In this document: positions 11,053 to 20,713 of the stretch, piece by piece
Position numbering within the stretch: position 1 is the stretch's first letter
Layout of the letters: every line of letters starts with the position of its first letter
NCBI GenBank assembly: GCA_963765495.1
Contig: CAVXWP010000010.1
Coordinates: forward strand, 64,001 to 128,000
DNA length: 64,000 bases
Source: Blastocatellia bacterium
Lineage (GTDB): Bacteria > Acidobacteriota > Blastocatellia > UBA7656
Direction of reading: 5' to 3'
The notes under the pieces: generated by a model
What the model saw: only the letters and a program-made list of their open reading frames with translations
What the model was told of the DNA's origin: nothing
Databases searched by the model: none
Made by a program: the position numbers and the translations under genes

Positions 11053-13569
11053 ATGCTAAACCCTTTTGCGCATCGCCCATTACCCGAGGGGCTTGAAGGA
11101 TTATCTGAACTGGCTCTGGACCTCCGCTGGACGTGGAGCGAAGCAAACACAAAGCTCTGGGAATTGCTCGACCCGGAGACCTGGGAACGCACGAAGAACC
11201 CCTACATGATTTTGCAGAATGTCTCGCAGGCGCGTCTGGAAGAAGCAGCCCGCGACGAACAGTTAAAGCAGGAATTGCAGGTCTGGCTTGAACGGCGCAG
11301 GCGAGCACTCGAAGACCCCGGGTGGTTTGGTCGCGCTTATCCTCAAAGCCCGCTCAAGAATGTAGCCTACTTCAGCATGGAATTCGGATTGACGGAGGCG
11401 CTTCCCATCTATTCAGGTGGGCTGGGCGTGCTCGCGGGCGATCACCTCAAGACGGCAAGCGATCTGGGCGTGCCGGTACTCGGCATAGGGCTGCTTTACC
11501 AGCAGGGCTATTTTCGCCAGACCATAACGGCCGATCAGGGGCAGCTTGAAGCCTTTCCTTATAACGATCCGACGAGCCTGCCCGTCACTCCTGTGCAGGA
11601 TCAGGCGGGAGGGTGGCTGCGAATAAAGCTTGAGATGCCGGGCCGCACAATCTTCCTGAAGGTCTGGCAGGCGCAGGTGGGAAAGGTCAAGCTTTACCTC
11701 CTCGACAGCAACGACCCGCTCAACCGCCCGTGGGACCGAGGAATCACAGCCAATCTTTACGCCTACGGACAGGAGCGAAGATTGATCCAGGAGATCGTGC
11801 TTGCCCTGGGTGGATGGCGCGCGTTGGAATCGCTCGGCATCGAAATTGACGTGTGCCATCTGAACGAAGGGCACGCCGCCTTTGTAGTCTTTGCGCGGGC
11901 CGTCAGCTTTATGCGCAAAACGGGGCAACCCTTCCCTGTCGCGCTCTGGGCCACGAGGGCGGGCAATGTCTTTACGACTCATACGGCAGTGGCGGCCGGA
12001 TTCGACAGATTTGAATCCTCGCTGCTCAAACAATACGTTCTCAATCTCGCCGATGCGGTGGGCGTGCCCATCGAAGACATATTCGCAATGGGCCGCCAGA
12101 ACCCTTACGATCAAAACGAACCGTTCAACATGGCTTATCTGGCCATCCGAGGCAGTTGCTGCGTAAACGGAGTGAGCCGCCTTCACGGAAAGGTGAGCCG
12201 AAGGATGTTTCAAGTCCTCTATCCGGGCTGGCCTCAGAGCGAAGTTCCCGTAGGCCACGTGACAAACGGCGTGCACGTCCCTTCGTGGGATTCGCCCCGG
12301 TCGCATAGCCTCTGGTCGAGCGTCTGCGGTGATACGCACTGGCTGGGTCTTGAAAGCGAAGAGTGCCCGGCCATCGAAAATGTCAGCGACTCCGAGCTAT
12401 GGAATTTCCGGGCAGCTTCGCGGCTTGGGCTGATCGAATATGTTCGCCGCCGTCTCGTACGACAGGTAAAAGAGCAGAGCGCAACGGCAGAAATCATAGA
12501 GCGCGCCCGACACGTTTTGAATCCGAATGCGCTCACCCTCGGTTTTGCGCGGCGATTCGCCACCTACAAACGGCCTACGCTGCTGATGCACGACCCCGAC
12601 CGGCTTGCCCGCCTGCTTCGCAACTCCGAACGCCCCGTACAACTGATAGTCGCGGGCAAGGCTCACCCTCGCGATGACGCGGCAAAGGCTATGGTGCAAC
12701 AGCTTGCGAGATTCGCGGCGCGGCCGGAGCTTTTCGACAGCGTGGTCTTTCTGGAGGATTACGACATGGTGCTCGCGCACCAGTTGATAGCGGGAATAGA
12801 TGTATGGATCAACACGCCGCGTCGTCCGTGGGAGGCTTCGGGGACGAGCGGGATGAAGGTGCTGGTAAACGGAGGATTGAACCTTTCCGAACTTGACGGA
12901 TGGTGGGCCGAAGCCTACACGCCGGAAGTGGGATGGGCGCTCGGCGACGGCAAAGAACACGAAGGGGTCGAGTGGGATGCGTTTGAAGCCGAGCAGCTTT
13001 ATGACATACTCGAAACACAGGTCGTCCCTCGTTTTTACGAGCGCAATCAACAGGGCATTCCCGAAAAGTGGATACACTGCATGCGGGCCAGCATGTCGAG
13101 CCTGACTCCCCAGTTCAGCAGCAATCGCATGATGCGCGAATACGTAGAGCGGGCTTACTTACCCGCCGCCGCGCTCTATAACCGCCGCTCGGGTGACGGA
13201 GGAAGGCTCGCAGTCGAGTTGCTGCACTGGCAAAAGAAACTGGCTGAACACTGGAAGGGGCTGCGCTTTGGAGATATTCGCGTTACCCACGAGGACGACC
13301 GCTGGCATTTCGAAGCGCAGGTGTATCTGGGCGATCTTGATCCTGATATGGTCTGCGTCGAGCTATACGCCGACCCGCTCGATGAGGAAGAACCCATCCG
13401 CGTGATTATGAATCGAGAGGGCGAGATTCCCGGCGCAGTGCACGGATATCTATTCTCAGCCGTAACGGCGGCCACCCGCCCGTCCGAGCATTTCACCGCG
13501 CGTATAGTTCCCAACCACTCGGATGCCTACGTCCCGCTTGAGGAAAATCACATCTTCTGGCAGAGGTGA
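11053..13569 (+). CDS. glgP: Alpha-glucan (glycogen/maltodextrin) phosphorylase, GT35
   Basis: YFSMEFGL...YSGGLGVLAGD, HLNEGH, FARRFATYKR, EASGTSGMK (PLP lysine). Confidence 0.95.
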   Translation: MLNPFAHRPLPEGLEGLSELALDLRWTWSEANTKLWELLDPETWERTKNPYMILQNVSQARLEEAARDEQLKQELQVWLERRRRALEDPGWFGRAYPQSPLKNVAYFSMEFGLTEALPIYSGGLGVLAGDHLKTASDLGVPVLGIGLLYQQGYFRQTITADQGQLEAFPYNDPTSLPVTPVQDQAGGWLRIKLEMPGRTIFLKVWQAQVGKVKLYLLDSNDPLNRPWDRGITANLYAYGQERRLIQEIVLALGGWRALESLGIEIDVCHLNEGHAAFVVFARAVSFMRKTGQPFPVALWATRAGNVFTTHTAVAAGFDRFESSLLKQYVLNLADAVGVPIEDIFAMGRQNPYDQNEPFNMAYLAIRGSCCVNGVSRLHGKVSRRMFQVLYPGWPQSEVPVGHVTNGVHVPSWDSPRSHSLWSSVCGDTHWLGLESEECPAIENVSDSELWNFRAASRLGLIEYVRRRLVRQVKEQSATAEIIERARHVLNPNALTLGFARRFATYKRPTLLMHDPDRLARLLRNSERPVQLIVAGKAHPRDDAAKAMVQQLARFAARPELFDSVVFLEDYDMVLAHQLIAGIDVWINTPRRPWEASGTSGMKVLVNGGLNLSELDGWWAEAYTPEVGWALGDGKEHEGVEWDAFEAEQLYDILETQVVPRFYERNQQGIPEKWIHCMRASMSSLTPQFSSNRMMREYVERAYLPAAALYNRRSGDGGRLAVELLHWQKKLAEHWKGLRFGDIRVTHEDDRWHFEAQVYLGDLDPDMVCVELYADPLDEEEPIRVIMNREGEIPGAVHGYLFSAVTAATRPSEHFTARIVPNHSDAYVPLEENHIFWQR

Positions 13570-13572
13570 GAA

Positions 13573-13672
13573 GTGAATCGTGATGCGTGATTAAAGCAAT
13601 TAGCCCGTGAAACAGGAACCGCCCTTAAGTCACGAATCACGCATCACGATTCACGATTCACGATTCACGATT
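13573..13672. repeat. Palindromic element with TCACGNW heptamer arms, family A
   Basis: GTGAATC GTGATGC GTGATT...TCACGAA TCACGCA (TCACGAT)x4; contains the stop codon of the convergent gene. Confidence 0.85.
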
Positions 13673-14411
13673 TCCTGTCGAGCCGCTTGAAGACCAGCGG
13701 CAGCGACGCACCGCCCTGTTGCCACTCTCCTGAAATCTCTGCCCCGTCGGCATTCACCTTGCCTTCGAAGGAAGCACTGATCCTGTTTATCTCAAAATGG
13801 AGGGTGCCGTCCTTAAAGGTAATCGTGTCTACAGTCAAATCCTCTACGCCCTGATCGGGGCTGTCTATGCTTGCGGCAAAAGACCCGTCGGCAGATTTTT
13901 TCACTTTGAGCACGACCCTGAGAGTAACATTTACTTCGATGTTTCCCTGCCAATAGCCCTCCAGCCCCTGACCGGGCATTCCTTTATCAGGCGTCGCCCC
14001 GTATGCTTTCCCGGCATTTTGCGAAGGATCAACGCGTTCCAGTGTGAAGGGCAAGGTTTTGTCTCCATGAGCCATGTTCCCTGAGATAGTCTTGCCGTCC
14101 TGAGCGAGCGTACCCTTGAAAGCAGTATCGCCCGCACCTTCGGCCATGACAAAGGAGACGGACGAACCTTCTACGGATATATTGCTGAGCGCAAAATCCT
14201 TCAACTGCTGGCCGGGAATGTCTATGGTCCCTGACCAGTTGCCGTCTTTTTTCGAAAGATCAACGGCGATACTCACCTTTACGCCGTTCGCGTCGATGTG
14301 GCCTTCCCAATGCCCCGAAGCATCCGCCTGTGACTGAGCCTGCATTGAAGAAATAGGACACAACGCCGCCATTGCCAGTGTTATCAGAAGTGATAAAAAA
14401 CACTTTGTCAT
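13665..14411 (-). CDS. Secreted protein made of two homologous beta-rich repeats
   Basis: Signal peptide; repeats GHWEGHI...GTIDIPGQ and GYWQGNI...ASIDSPDQG. Confidence 0.8.
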   Translation of the reverse strand: MTKCFLSLLITLAMAALCPISSMQAQSQADASGHWEGHIDANGVKVSIAVDLSKKDGNWSGTIDIPGQQLKDFALSNISVEGSSVSFVMAEGAGDTAFKGTLAQDGKTISGNMAHGDKTLPFTLERVDPSQNAGKAYGATPDKGMPGQGLEGYWQGNIEVNVTLRVVLKVKKSADGSFAASIDSPDQGVEDLTVDTITFKDGTLHFEINRISASFEGKVNADGAEISGEWQQGGASLPLVFKRLDRKS

Positions 14412-14510
14412 TTAAATAGTTCCTTTCAGAATTTTCCGTTTACAAACAGGGTCGGAAATCACAATTCATCCTACCCGGGCGATACGTGCTCTGCCAAAGC
14501 AGAAACCTCA

Positions 14511-15314
14511 TCAGGTGGTCGGAACCCTGCGTTCAGAGCGAGCCGCCTCTTGCGATTCCGGCTCATCGTAAAGCAGGTGGCTTTCGGCAGAATTCGATTC
14601 TTCGATTTGAGATTGACCGCCTTCAGCGATTATCGTTTCAATGCGATTTGCCAGTTTCGTCAGCTTGAGTTTTTGAGAACGACTAAAAATCCCCCAGGCA
14701 ATCCGCACGAGCAAATGCAAAGAGGTAATCAGGGCAATGGCCGCAGGCCATTCGATCAATGGTGATAGCTTTAAGACCTTCATCAAGACAAGGGACATGA
14801 GGGCGCTTACAAGAAAGGTAACCAGATAAGAGACATAAGCGCCGCCTTCAGAGTTATAGTTAATCTGAATTTTAGTCTGTCCGTCGCGTGGGCTGAGCGT
14901 GACTTGCGTGTGTGTTGCGTCTTCTCGTTTGTGGGTCCATTCCAGCGAGTTGCCGAGTTTACCGATTTCTCCCAACTGCCCCTGCGCGCGGCGAATCTCC
15001 TGCACAATCATCTCCCATTGCTCATCGGTCACTTCGCCTTCGATTACTCGCTCTATCTCTACGGGGACGGAGCCGGCCAGCAGACTCTTCTCCTCAGCAC
15101 GGTCATCGCCTCTGTCTATCTCTAATACGGCTCTCCGAATATAGCGCGGGTCAACGCCTACCTCGGCAGCGATCTGCTCGATATCACCTATAGAAGCGCC
15201 TCTATCAAGGAGGTTCGCCCGGCCTTCGGATTCCTGTAGATCGGTGGCTCGTTTGATTATGCGGCCGACTTCCTTTTCGTTATAACGCCGCCTGTTTCCC
15301 GGTTTATCAGACAT
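14511..15314 (-). CDS. Hypothetical membrane protein with two TM helices near the C-terminus
   Basis: GGAGG RBS; N-terminal YNEKEVGRIIKRA...IEQIAAEVGVD helical motif; two hydrophobic segments. Confidence 0.78.
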   Translation of the reverse strand: MSDKPGNRRRYNEKEVGRIIKRATDLQESEGRANLLDRGASIGDIEQIAAEVGVDPRYIRRAVLEIDRGDDRAEEKSLLAGSVPVEIERVIEGEVTDEQWEMIVQEIRRAQGQLGEIGKLGNSLEWTHKREDATHTQVTLSPRDGQTKIQINYNSEGGAYVSYLVTFLVSALMSLVLMKVLKLSPLIEWPAAIALITSLHLLVRIAWGIFSRSQKLKLTKLANRIETIIAEGGQSQIEESNSAESHLLYDEPESQEAARSERRVPTT

Positions 15315-15581
15315 CTGTGATCCCTCCTGATTTCCGTATCGGCCTGGTGTAGACGCTCAGGTAAAAAATAATCAGACAGACTCATCTCAACAAAGAGTTG
15401 AGATTGCAGACATAATAGTTCCTCCCCGCGTTTCTGACAAATACTCACAATATTCCAGGATGTAGAAATTGACGCCTGTTGCTCGTAAGTCAAATACTGA
15501 ATGGCTCTGGTCGACGCTGAGTTCAGGCTTTTCGCTGGCGAGTTATGGTAGAATCCCTCCAGTCCCAACAGGAGAAACGCT

Positions 15582-18194
15582 ATGACGACTCAAATCGAAT
15601 TTACCCTGAATGGAGAGAGTCGCTCACTGGGTGTCGAAGATGATGCTTCGCTGCTTGAAGTGCTCCGCGACCATTGCGGATTGATCTCGCCCAAAGACGG
15701 GTGCAGCCCGCAGGGGCAGTGCGGCTGCTGTACGGTGATCGTTGACGGGCGGGCGATAGTCTCTTGCGCGATGCCTGCAAAAAACGCGAGCGGTAAAAGC
15801 GTGCTGACGCTCGAAGGCTTCTCTGAATTTGAGCGCGACAGCTTCGCAGAAAGTTTTATCGAAGGTGGTGGTTTGCAGTGCGGATTTTGCACGCCCGGAA
15901 TCATCGTCCGCGCGAAACAGTTATTTGAAAAAGAACCCCACCCGACCGACGATCAGATCAACCGAATCCTGAGCATGCATCACTGCCGATGCACGGGCTA
16001 CGTCAAGATCGTAGACTCTATCAAGCTTGCGGCAAAGGCGCTGGCCGGAGAACCAGTCGAGCCCAGAGACGGGTCAGGACGAATAGGATGTCGCACTGCT
16101 CGCTATGAAGCGCGAGAACTCGCGCTCGGAGACAGGCCCTTCATAGACGACATGTCATTTCCAGAAATGCTTCACGGCGCGGTCTTGCTTTCGGCTCATC
16201 CTCGCGCTCTCGTCCGGCAGATCGATGCGAGCAAGGCGCTTGCGATGGATGGCGTATTTGCAGTCATCACCGCCCGCGATGTACCGGGCGAACGGTTTCA
16301 GGGTTTGATCTATAAAGACTGGCCCGTATTCATAGCCGAAGGAGAAGAGACTCGCTATGTAGGCGATGTGATCGCGGCGATTGCCGCTCTTGACCGCCGT
16401 ACGGCCCGACGTGCCGCTCAGGCGATAGAAGTCGATTATGAAATCCGCGAGCCCGTAACTCATCCCGAAGACGCGCTTGAACCCGACGCGCCAAAGCTGC
16501 ATAAGAAAGGCAACCTCCTGAGTAAATCCGAGATCAAGCGCGGCGATGTCGAAGGGGCTCTCGCCGGTTCGGCTCACGTGGCTTCGCATACTTTCGAAAC
16601 CCAGTTTATCGAGCACATGTTTTTGGAGCCCGAATCCTGCATCGCTCTCCCCGAAGGCGAATCGCTCAGGGTCTACACTCAGGGGCAGGGAGTCTTTGAC
16701 GACCGTCGTCAGATAGCATCCTGTCTGAACCTGCCCGAAGACAAAATATTTGTCTCGCTCGTCTCCAACGGCGGCGCATTCGGCGGCAAGGAAGACATGA
16801 GCATACAGGCTCAGACTGCCCTGCTTGCCCGCATCACCCGCCGCCCGGTAAAACTGACACTCAGCCGCGAAGAGAGCCTCAGGCTCCATCCCAAACGCCA
16901 TCCTATCAAAATGGATTACACCGTAGGGTGTGACGGCCAGGGGCGGTTGACCGCTGTCAGGGCGCACATGATAGGCGATAAGGGGGCGTACGCCTCGGTA
17001 GGTTCCAAGGTGCTTGAGCGGGCCGCCGGTCACTCGACAGGCCCTTATAAAGTAGACAATGTCGAAATCCTGTCGCTCGCGGTTTACACCAACAACCCGC
17101 CTTGCGGAGCGATGCGCGGATTTGGAGCCAATCAGGCGGCCTTCGCCATCGAATCCATGCTCGACATCCTCGCCGAAAAAGTTGGAATAGACGGTTGGGA
17201 AATGCGTTACCAGAATGCGCTCGACGTTGGAGACAGATTCTGCACGGGGCAGGTATTGGAAACGAGCGTGGGTCTTAAGAAGACGCTCGAAGCCGTAAAA
17301 GATATTTACAAAACGGCCCGGTACGCGGGCATTGCCTGCGGCATCAAGAACGTAGGCATAGGCAACGGCCTGCCCGAATACGGCAAGGCAATGCTCGAAG
17401 TGCACAACGACGGCACCGCAAGCATCTACACTGGGTTCACAGAGATGGGACAGGGGCTCTTTACCGTGCTGATGCAAACCGCCTGCGAAGAGACGGGGCT
17501 GCCGCCGGCAGTATTTCAACAAATCTCTGCCGATACAAAATATGATCTGGATTGCGGGCAGACGACCGCCTCGCGGGCTACGTTTCTTGGTTGCCGCGCC
17601 GTACAGGAGGCGGCCCGAAAGCTCAAGCGCGATTTAGACCGCGCGCCGCTTACAGAACTGGCGGGCCGGACCTATTACGGCGAAGTAAAGATCGCCGATA
17701 CCGTATCGCTTGAAGCCAGGGTTGAAAAACCGAAAACACATTTTGCGTATGGGTTCGCCACCCAGGTCGTCCTGCTCGATGATGACGGGATAATCAGGAA
17801 AGTCGTGGCTGCGCACGACGTGGGCAAAGTAATAAACCCGACGCTGCTCGAAGGGCAGTTGGAAGGCTCGGTTCACATGGGATTGGGCTATGCCCTGACC
17901 GAAGAGTTCAAGGTAGAAGACGGCATTCCGCAAACGATGACCGTGAATTCTCAAGGGCTGCTTCGAGCCAGACACATGCCGGAAGTTGAATTGATTATGA
18001 TCGAAGACAAGCACCCGGACGGTCCTTACGGCGCGAAGGGCGTTGGCGAAATAGGTCTTGTCCCGACTGCCCCGGCTGTGGCCGGAGCGCTTTACAGATT
18101 CGACGGCATCAGGCGTTTTTCACTTCCGATGAAAGATTCACCGGCAGCCCGCTTTGTGCGCGGTGGTCGGTGGTCGGTGGTCAGTGGCCAGTGA
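15582..18194 (+). CDS. Molybdenum hydroxylase with fused 2x[2Fe-2S] and Mo-pterin domains, similar to selenium-dependent xanthine dehydrogenase
   Basis: CSPQGQCGCC, QCGFCTPG, CRCTGY, GGAFGGKE, AMRGFG, GAKGVGEIG; compact 870-aa fusion with CGIKNVGIGNG; AGGAG RBS. Confidence 0.85.
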   Translation: MTTQIEFTLNGESRSLGVEDDASLLEVLRDHCGLISPKDGCSPQGQCGCCTVIVDGRAIVSCAMPAKNASGKSVLTLEGFSEFERDSFAESFIEGGGLQCGFCTPGIIVRAKQLFEKEPHPTDDQINRILSMHHCRCTGYVKIVDSIKLAAKALAGEPVEPRDGSGRIGCRTARYEARELALGDRPFIDDMSFPEMLHGAVLLSAHPRALVRQIDASKALAMDGVFAVITARDVPGERFQGLIYKDWPVFIAEGEETRYVGDVIAAIAALDRRTARRAAQAIEVDYEIREPVTHPEDALEPDAPKLHKKGNLLSKSEIKRGDVEGALAGSAHVASHTFETQFIEHMFLEPESCIALPEGESLRVYTQGQGVFDDRRQIASCLNLPEDKIFVSLVSNGGAFGGKEDMSIQAQTALLARITRRPVKLTLSREESLRLHPKRHPIKMDYTVGCDGQGRLTAVRAHMIGDKGAYASVGSKVLERAAGHSTGPYKVDNVEILSLAVYTNNPPCGAMRGFGANQAAFAIESMLDILAEKVGIDGWEMRYQNALDVGDRFCTGQVLETSVGLKKTLEAVKDIYKTARYAGIACGIKNVGIGNGLPEYGKAMLEVHNDGTASIYTGFTEMGQGLFTVLMQTACEETGLPPAVFQQISADTKYDLDCGQTTASRATFLGCRAVQEAARKLKRDLDRAPLTELAGRTYYGEVKIADTVSLEARVEKPKTHFAYGFATQVVLLDDDGIIRKVVAAHDVGKVINPTLLEGQLEGSVHMGLGYALTEEFKVEDGIPQTMTVNSQGLLRARHMPEVELIMIEDKHPDGPYGAKGVGEIGLVPTAPAVAGALYRFDGIRRFSLPMKDSPAARFVRGGRWSVVSGQ

Positions 18195-18264
18195 ATGTAA
18201 AAGAAGCCACGAATTACACGAATTCGCACGAATCATTCGTGGTTATTTGTGTTTATTCGTGGCT
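18163..18264. repeat. (GGTGGTC)n heptamers at the hydroxylase 3' end followed by a CACGAAT palindromic element (family F)
   Basis: GGTGGTC GGTGGTC GGTGGTC AGTGGCC AGTGA, then AGCCACGAATTACACGAAT...ATTTGTGTTTATTCGTGGCT (18205-18264). Confidence 0.75.
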
Positions 18265-18284
18265 ATATTTCTGTTCGACTTACG

Positions 18285-19679
18285 CTAGCCTCTCAGTTGG
18301 ACCGAGTTGGCCATTGTCTGAAACGTTCTCTGGTAATTCCCGAAATCATCGCGCGGCGCAACGCCTATTATATAGAAAAGCTCGCCGTTACCAAGCATCG
18401 TCGTATAGACTCTTATAGTCTCTTCTCTTCCGGTCACATCCGATATATTGCTCATCGTGATGGTCAGTCCGTCTTGTCCATCTATAGTGCTGCGTAGATA
18501 GCGACTCTGCTGACGCAGGTTGGGGTTCCCCTGTCCGAGCGATCTGATGAAATCATCCGTAGCCCGTTGCAGATCGTTACTTTGCACGCGTGCGACTCCG
18601 ACCATCGCGCCGTGGGTAAAAATGAACTGCCCGTTTACCTCTCCATATGCGCCTTCGGGAGCAAACGTTATGTTGTTGTTGCTCGGCAAATCGCGCCAGT
18701 TTTCAGGCACGTCTATGCGAAAGGCGTTTCCACCCGTGTATGTGCGATACCGCGATGACGGGTAGGAGACGCGGCCCGTCGGCTGGCGGCTCGGGTAGCG
18801 CTGATTACCCTGCGATATATCCTGCATCGAGCGAGCGCGAGGCATATCCCGCAAACGGGCTTGAATGCGTCGAAAGTCGTTTGAATCTCCGATGGGATTT
18901 CTCACTTGCAGCAATCGAGCTTCCTGATTGATGGTCTCGTAACGATTTCCGGGGTTCGGGTGCGAACTGAGCCATTCCGGCCCGCCGCCGCCGCTTGTGC
19001 GCTCGATAATGCGGAACATCTCGGCCAGATCGCGCGGGTCATATCCGGCGTTCGCCATTATATGCGAGCCAAGCAGGTCGGCCTGTTTTTCATATGACCG
19101 GCTGAACTTTAAGAAGTAAGCGCCGATGCCCAACTGGCTGCCCTGCGAGATTACGCCGCCAAGACCGCCGCCTATTATGGCTCCCAATATAGAACCCGCG
19201 GCCTGTCCTATGGCGTACTTCTGAGCCTTGGCCGCCTGTGCCGTTCCGTGACGCAGGGCTACGTGGCTTAGTTCGTGCGCCATCACGCCCGCTAATTGAC
19301 CTTCGTTTTCCGCTGCTTCTATCAAACCACGATTCACATACATAAAACCGCCGGGCAAGGCAAACGCGTTGATGTCGGTCGCATTAACCAGCTTGAAGGT
19401 ATAGCGAAACTCCGGGTGCTGGAACTCTCGCGGGATCGCTTCCACGAGTCGCTGGCCAATTCGATCCAGATAATTTTCAGCCACGCGATCATTCATGATC
19501 GGCAACTGGCGCTCGACTTCCTGCGCCGCTTCCCGGCCAAGCTCTACATCCTTGCTTGGAGCGTAAGGATTCTTTGGCGCTTCTATTCTGGTCTGCGCCA
19601 GGACTCCTAAAGGCAATGAGAGCATAGCAACAATCGCCAGAAGGCTTACGCTTGAAGATAAATTCCTGATTCTTTTCAT
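18285..19679 (-). CDS. Secreted M48-family zinc metallopeptidase with extra C-terminal domain
   Basis: INAFALPGG, HELSH (HExxH), FSRSYEKQAD, WLSSHP; signal peptide from ATG 19679 with GGAGG RBS. Confidence 0.92.
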   Translation of the reverse strand: MKRIRNLSSSVSLLAIVAMLSLPLGVLAQTRIEAPKNPYAPSKDVELGREAAQEVERQLPIMNDRVAENYLDRIGQRLVEAIPREFQHPEFRYTFKLVNATDINAFALPGGFMYVNRGLIEAAENEGQLAGVMAHELSHVALRHGTAQAAKAQKYAIGQAAGSILGAIIGGGLGGVISQGSQLGIGAYFLKFSRSYEKQADLLGSHIMANAGYDPRDLAEMFRIIERTSGGGGPEWLSSHPNPGNRYETINQEARLLQVRNPIGDSNDFRRIQARLRDMPRARSMQDISQGNQRYPSRQPTGRVSYPSSRYRTYTGGNAFRIDVPENWRDLPSNNNITFAPEGAYGEVNGQFIFTHGAMVGVARVQSNDLQRATDDFIRSLGQGNPNLRQQSRYLRSTIDGQDGLTITMSNISDVTGREETIRVYTTMLGNGELFYIIGVAPRDDFGNYQRTFQTMANSVQLRG

Positions 19680-19996
19680 TACTTGCCTCCGAAAAAACTT
19701 GTTCTGTTGCTTATGGCAATCGCAATAGTTATGCCAGTCCTTAAGATACGCCAACGCCGGTAAAAGTTGTAAATTGCTTTATTATGATAACAGACCGCAC
19801 GTTTTTTCGCACACATTGCCGTGTCGGATCAATACAGACCAGTTGGTTAATCGGGCTCTTAGAATCCTCTAGAGCCAATCACTAAATGGCATATGAGTTG
19901 CAACTATTAACCACCGTGGACGAAAAAGAACAGGGGAGGATTCTAACGATGTTAAATAACAAAAAAGACGCGAAAAATTCAGACAGAAAGAGCAAT

Positions 19997-20209
19997 ATGA
20001 TGAAACGCCTGCTGGTGTTGGCTTTGATGACCATGAGCCTGGTATTTGCTGGAGCGCAAGCCATACCGACTACCCGGGCCAGTCAGGGTTGCGAGATGAC
20101 TTGTGGTGAACCTTTCATTAATCCAAGCGACGGAAAGTGCTATGTAAGGTGTTGCCCGATAGATCCCGAGTGCAAAACACCGTGTATGATAAAGCCATGC
20201 GACAAGTAA
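19997..20209 (+). CDS. Small secreted 8-cysteine peptide (70 aa precursor)
   Basis: MMKRLLVLALMTMSLVFAGAQA signal peptide, then a 48-aa region with C-x3-C-x11-C-x3-CC-x5-C-x3-C-x4-C; followed by a terminator. Confidence 0.7.
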   Translation: MMKRLLVLALMTMSLVFAGAQAIPTTRASQGCEMTCGEPFINPSDGKCYVRCCPIDPECKTPCMIKPCDK

Positions 20210-20220
20210 AGGTTTGCGGA

Positions 20221-20280
20221 AAAGTGCCAGCACAAGGATGACAATCAGAGAAAACTGTCATGCTTGTGCTGGCACTTTTT
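20221..20280 (+). terminator. Long hairpin with T-tract after the Cys-rich peptide gene
   Basis: AAAGTGCCAGCACAAGGATGACA...TGTCATGCTTGTGCTGGCACTTTTT. Confidence 0.75.
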
Positions 20281-20713
20281 CCATTTTAAATATCATCCGC
20301 TAGATAATAATAGCAGTGTCCCGAACGTCCATAGTCTTTCACCTTAAACGAGAATATTTTTATTCAGGAAAGATATTTGGACGCCTCTCTTTTCATATCA
20401 AGGTAACTGCCCGGGTCAACAATCAAAAAATCAGGGAGTGAATTATAGAAGAGGCAGTAGAGCTAAAGGCGGTAAGCCTGCCGGAAGTAAGAAGACCTCG
20501 GCCCGGGTGAAGAAGGCAAAGATAGCAACAACTCAGATCATAGGGAAGCTAAATCAAAACGTAGCGGGTCGGCATAAATAGATATATAGAACAATGCGTA
20601 AGAGTGAGGCCGGGTTCTTTTGACAGTATTAAAAAGATTGGATTGGATTGAACAAGAAACTTGTTCAATGATCAGGTATGGGGTTGCGTCTTTGCAAACT
20701 GAATGGCCCGGGT

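Noticed and set aside
16155-17522. Long antisense ORFs (455 aa here; also 5687-6712, 11413-12339, 54236-55351)
   Set aside because: They are shadows of well-supported genes on the opposite strand and carry no recognisable motifs.
19997-20209. RiPP (ranthipeptide/lanthipeptide) precursor
   Set aside because: It has a Sec-type signal peptide and no radical SAM, LanM/LanBC or transporter gene nearby, so disulfide folding is more plausible.
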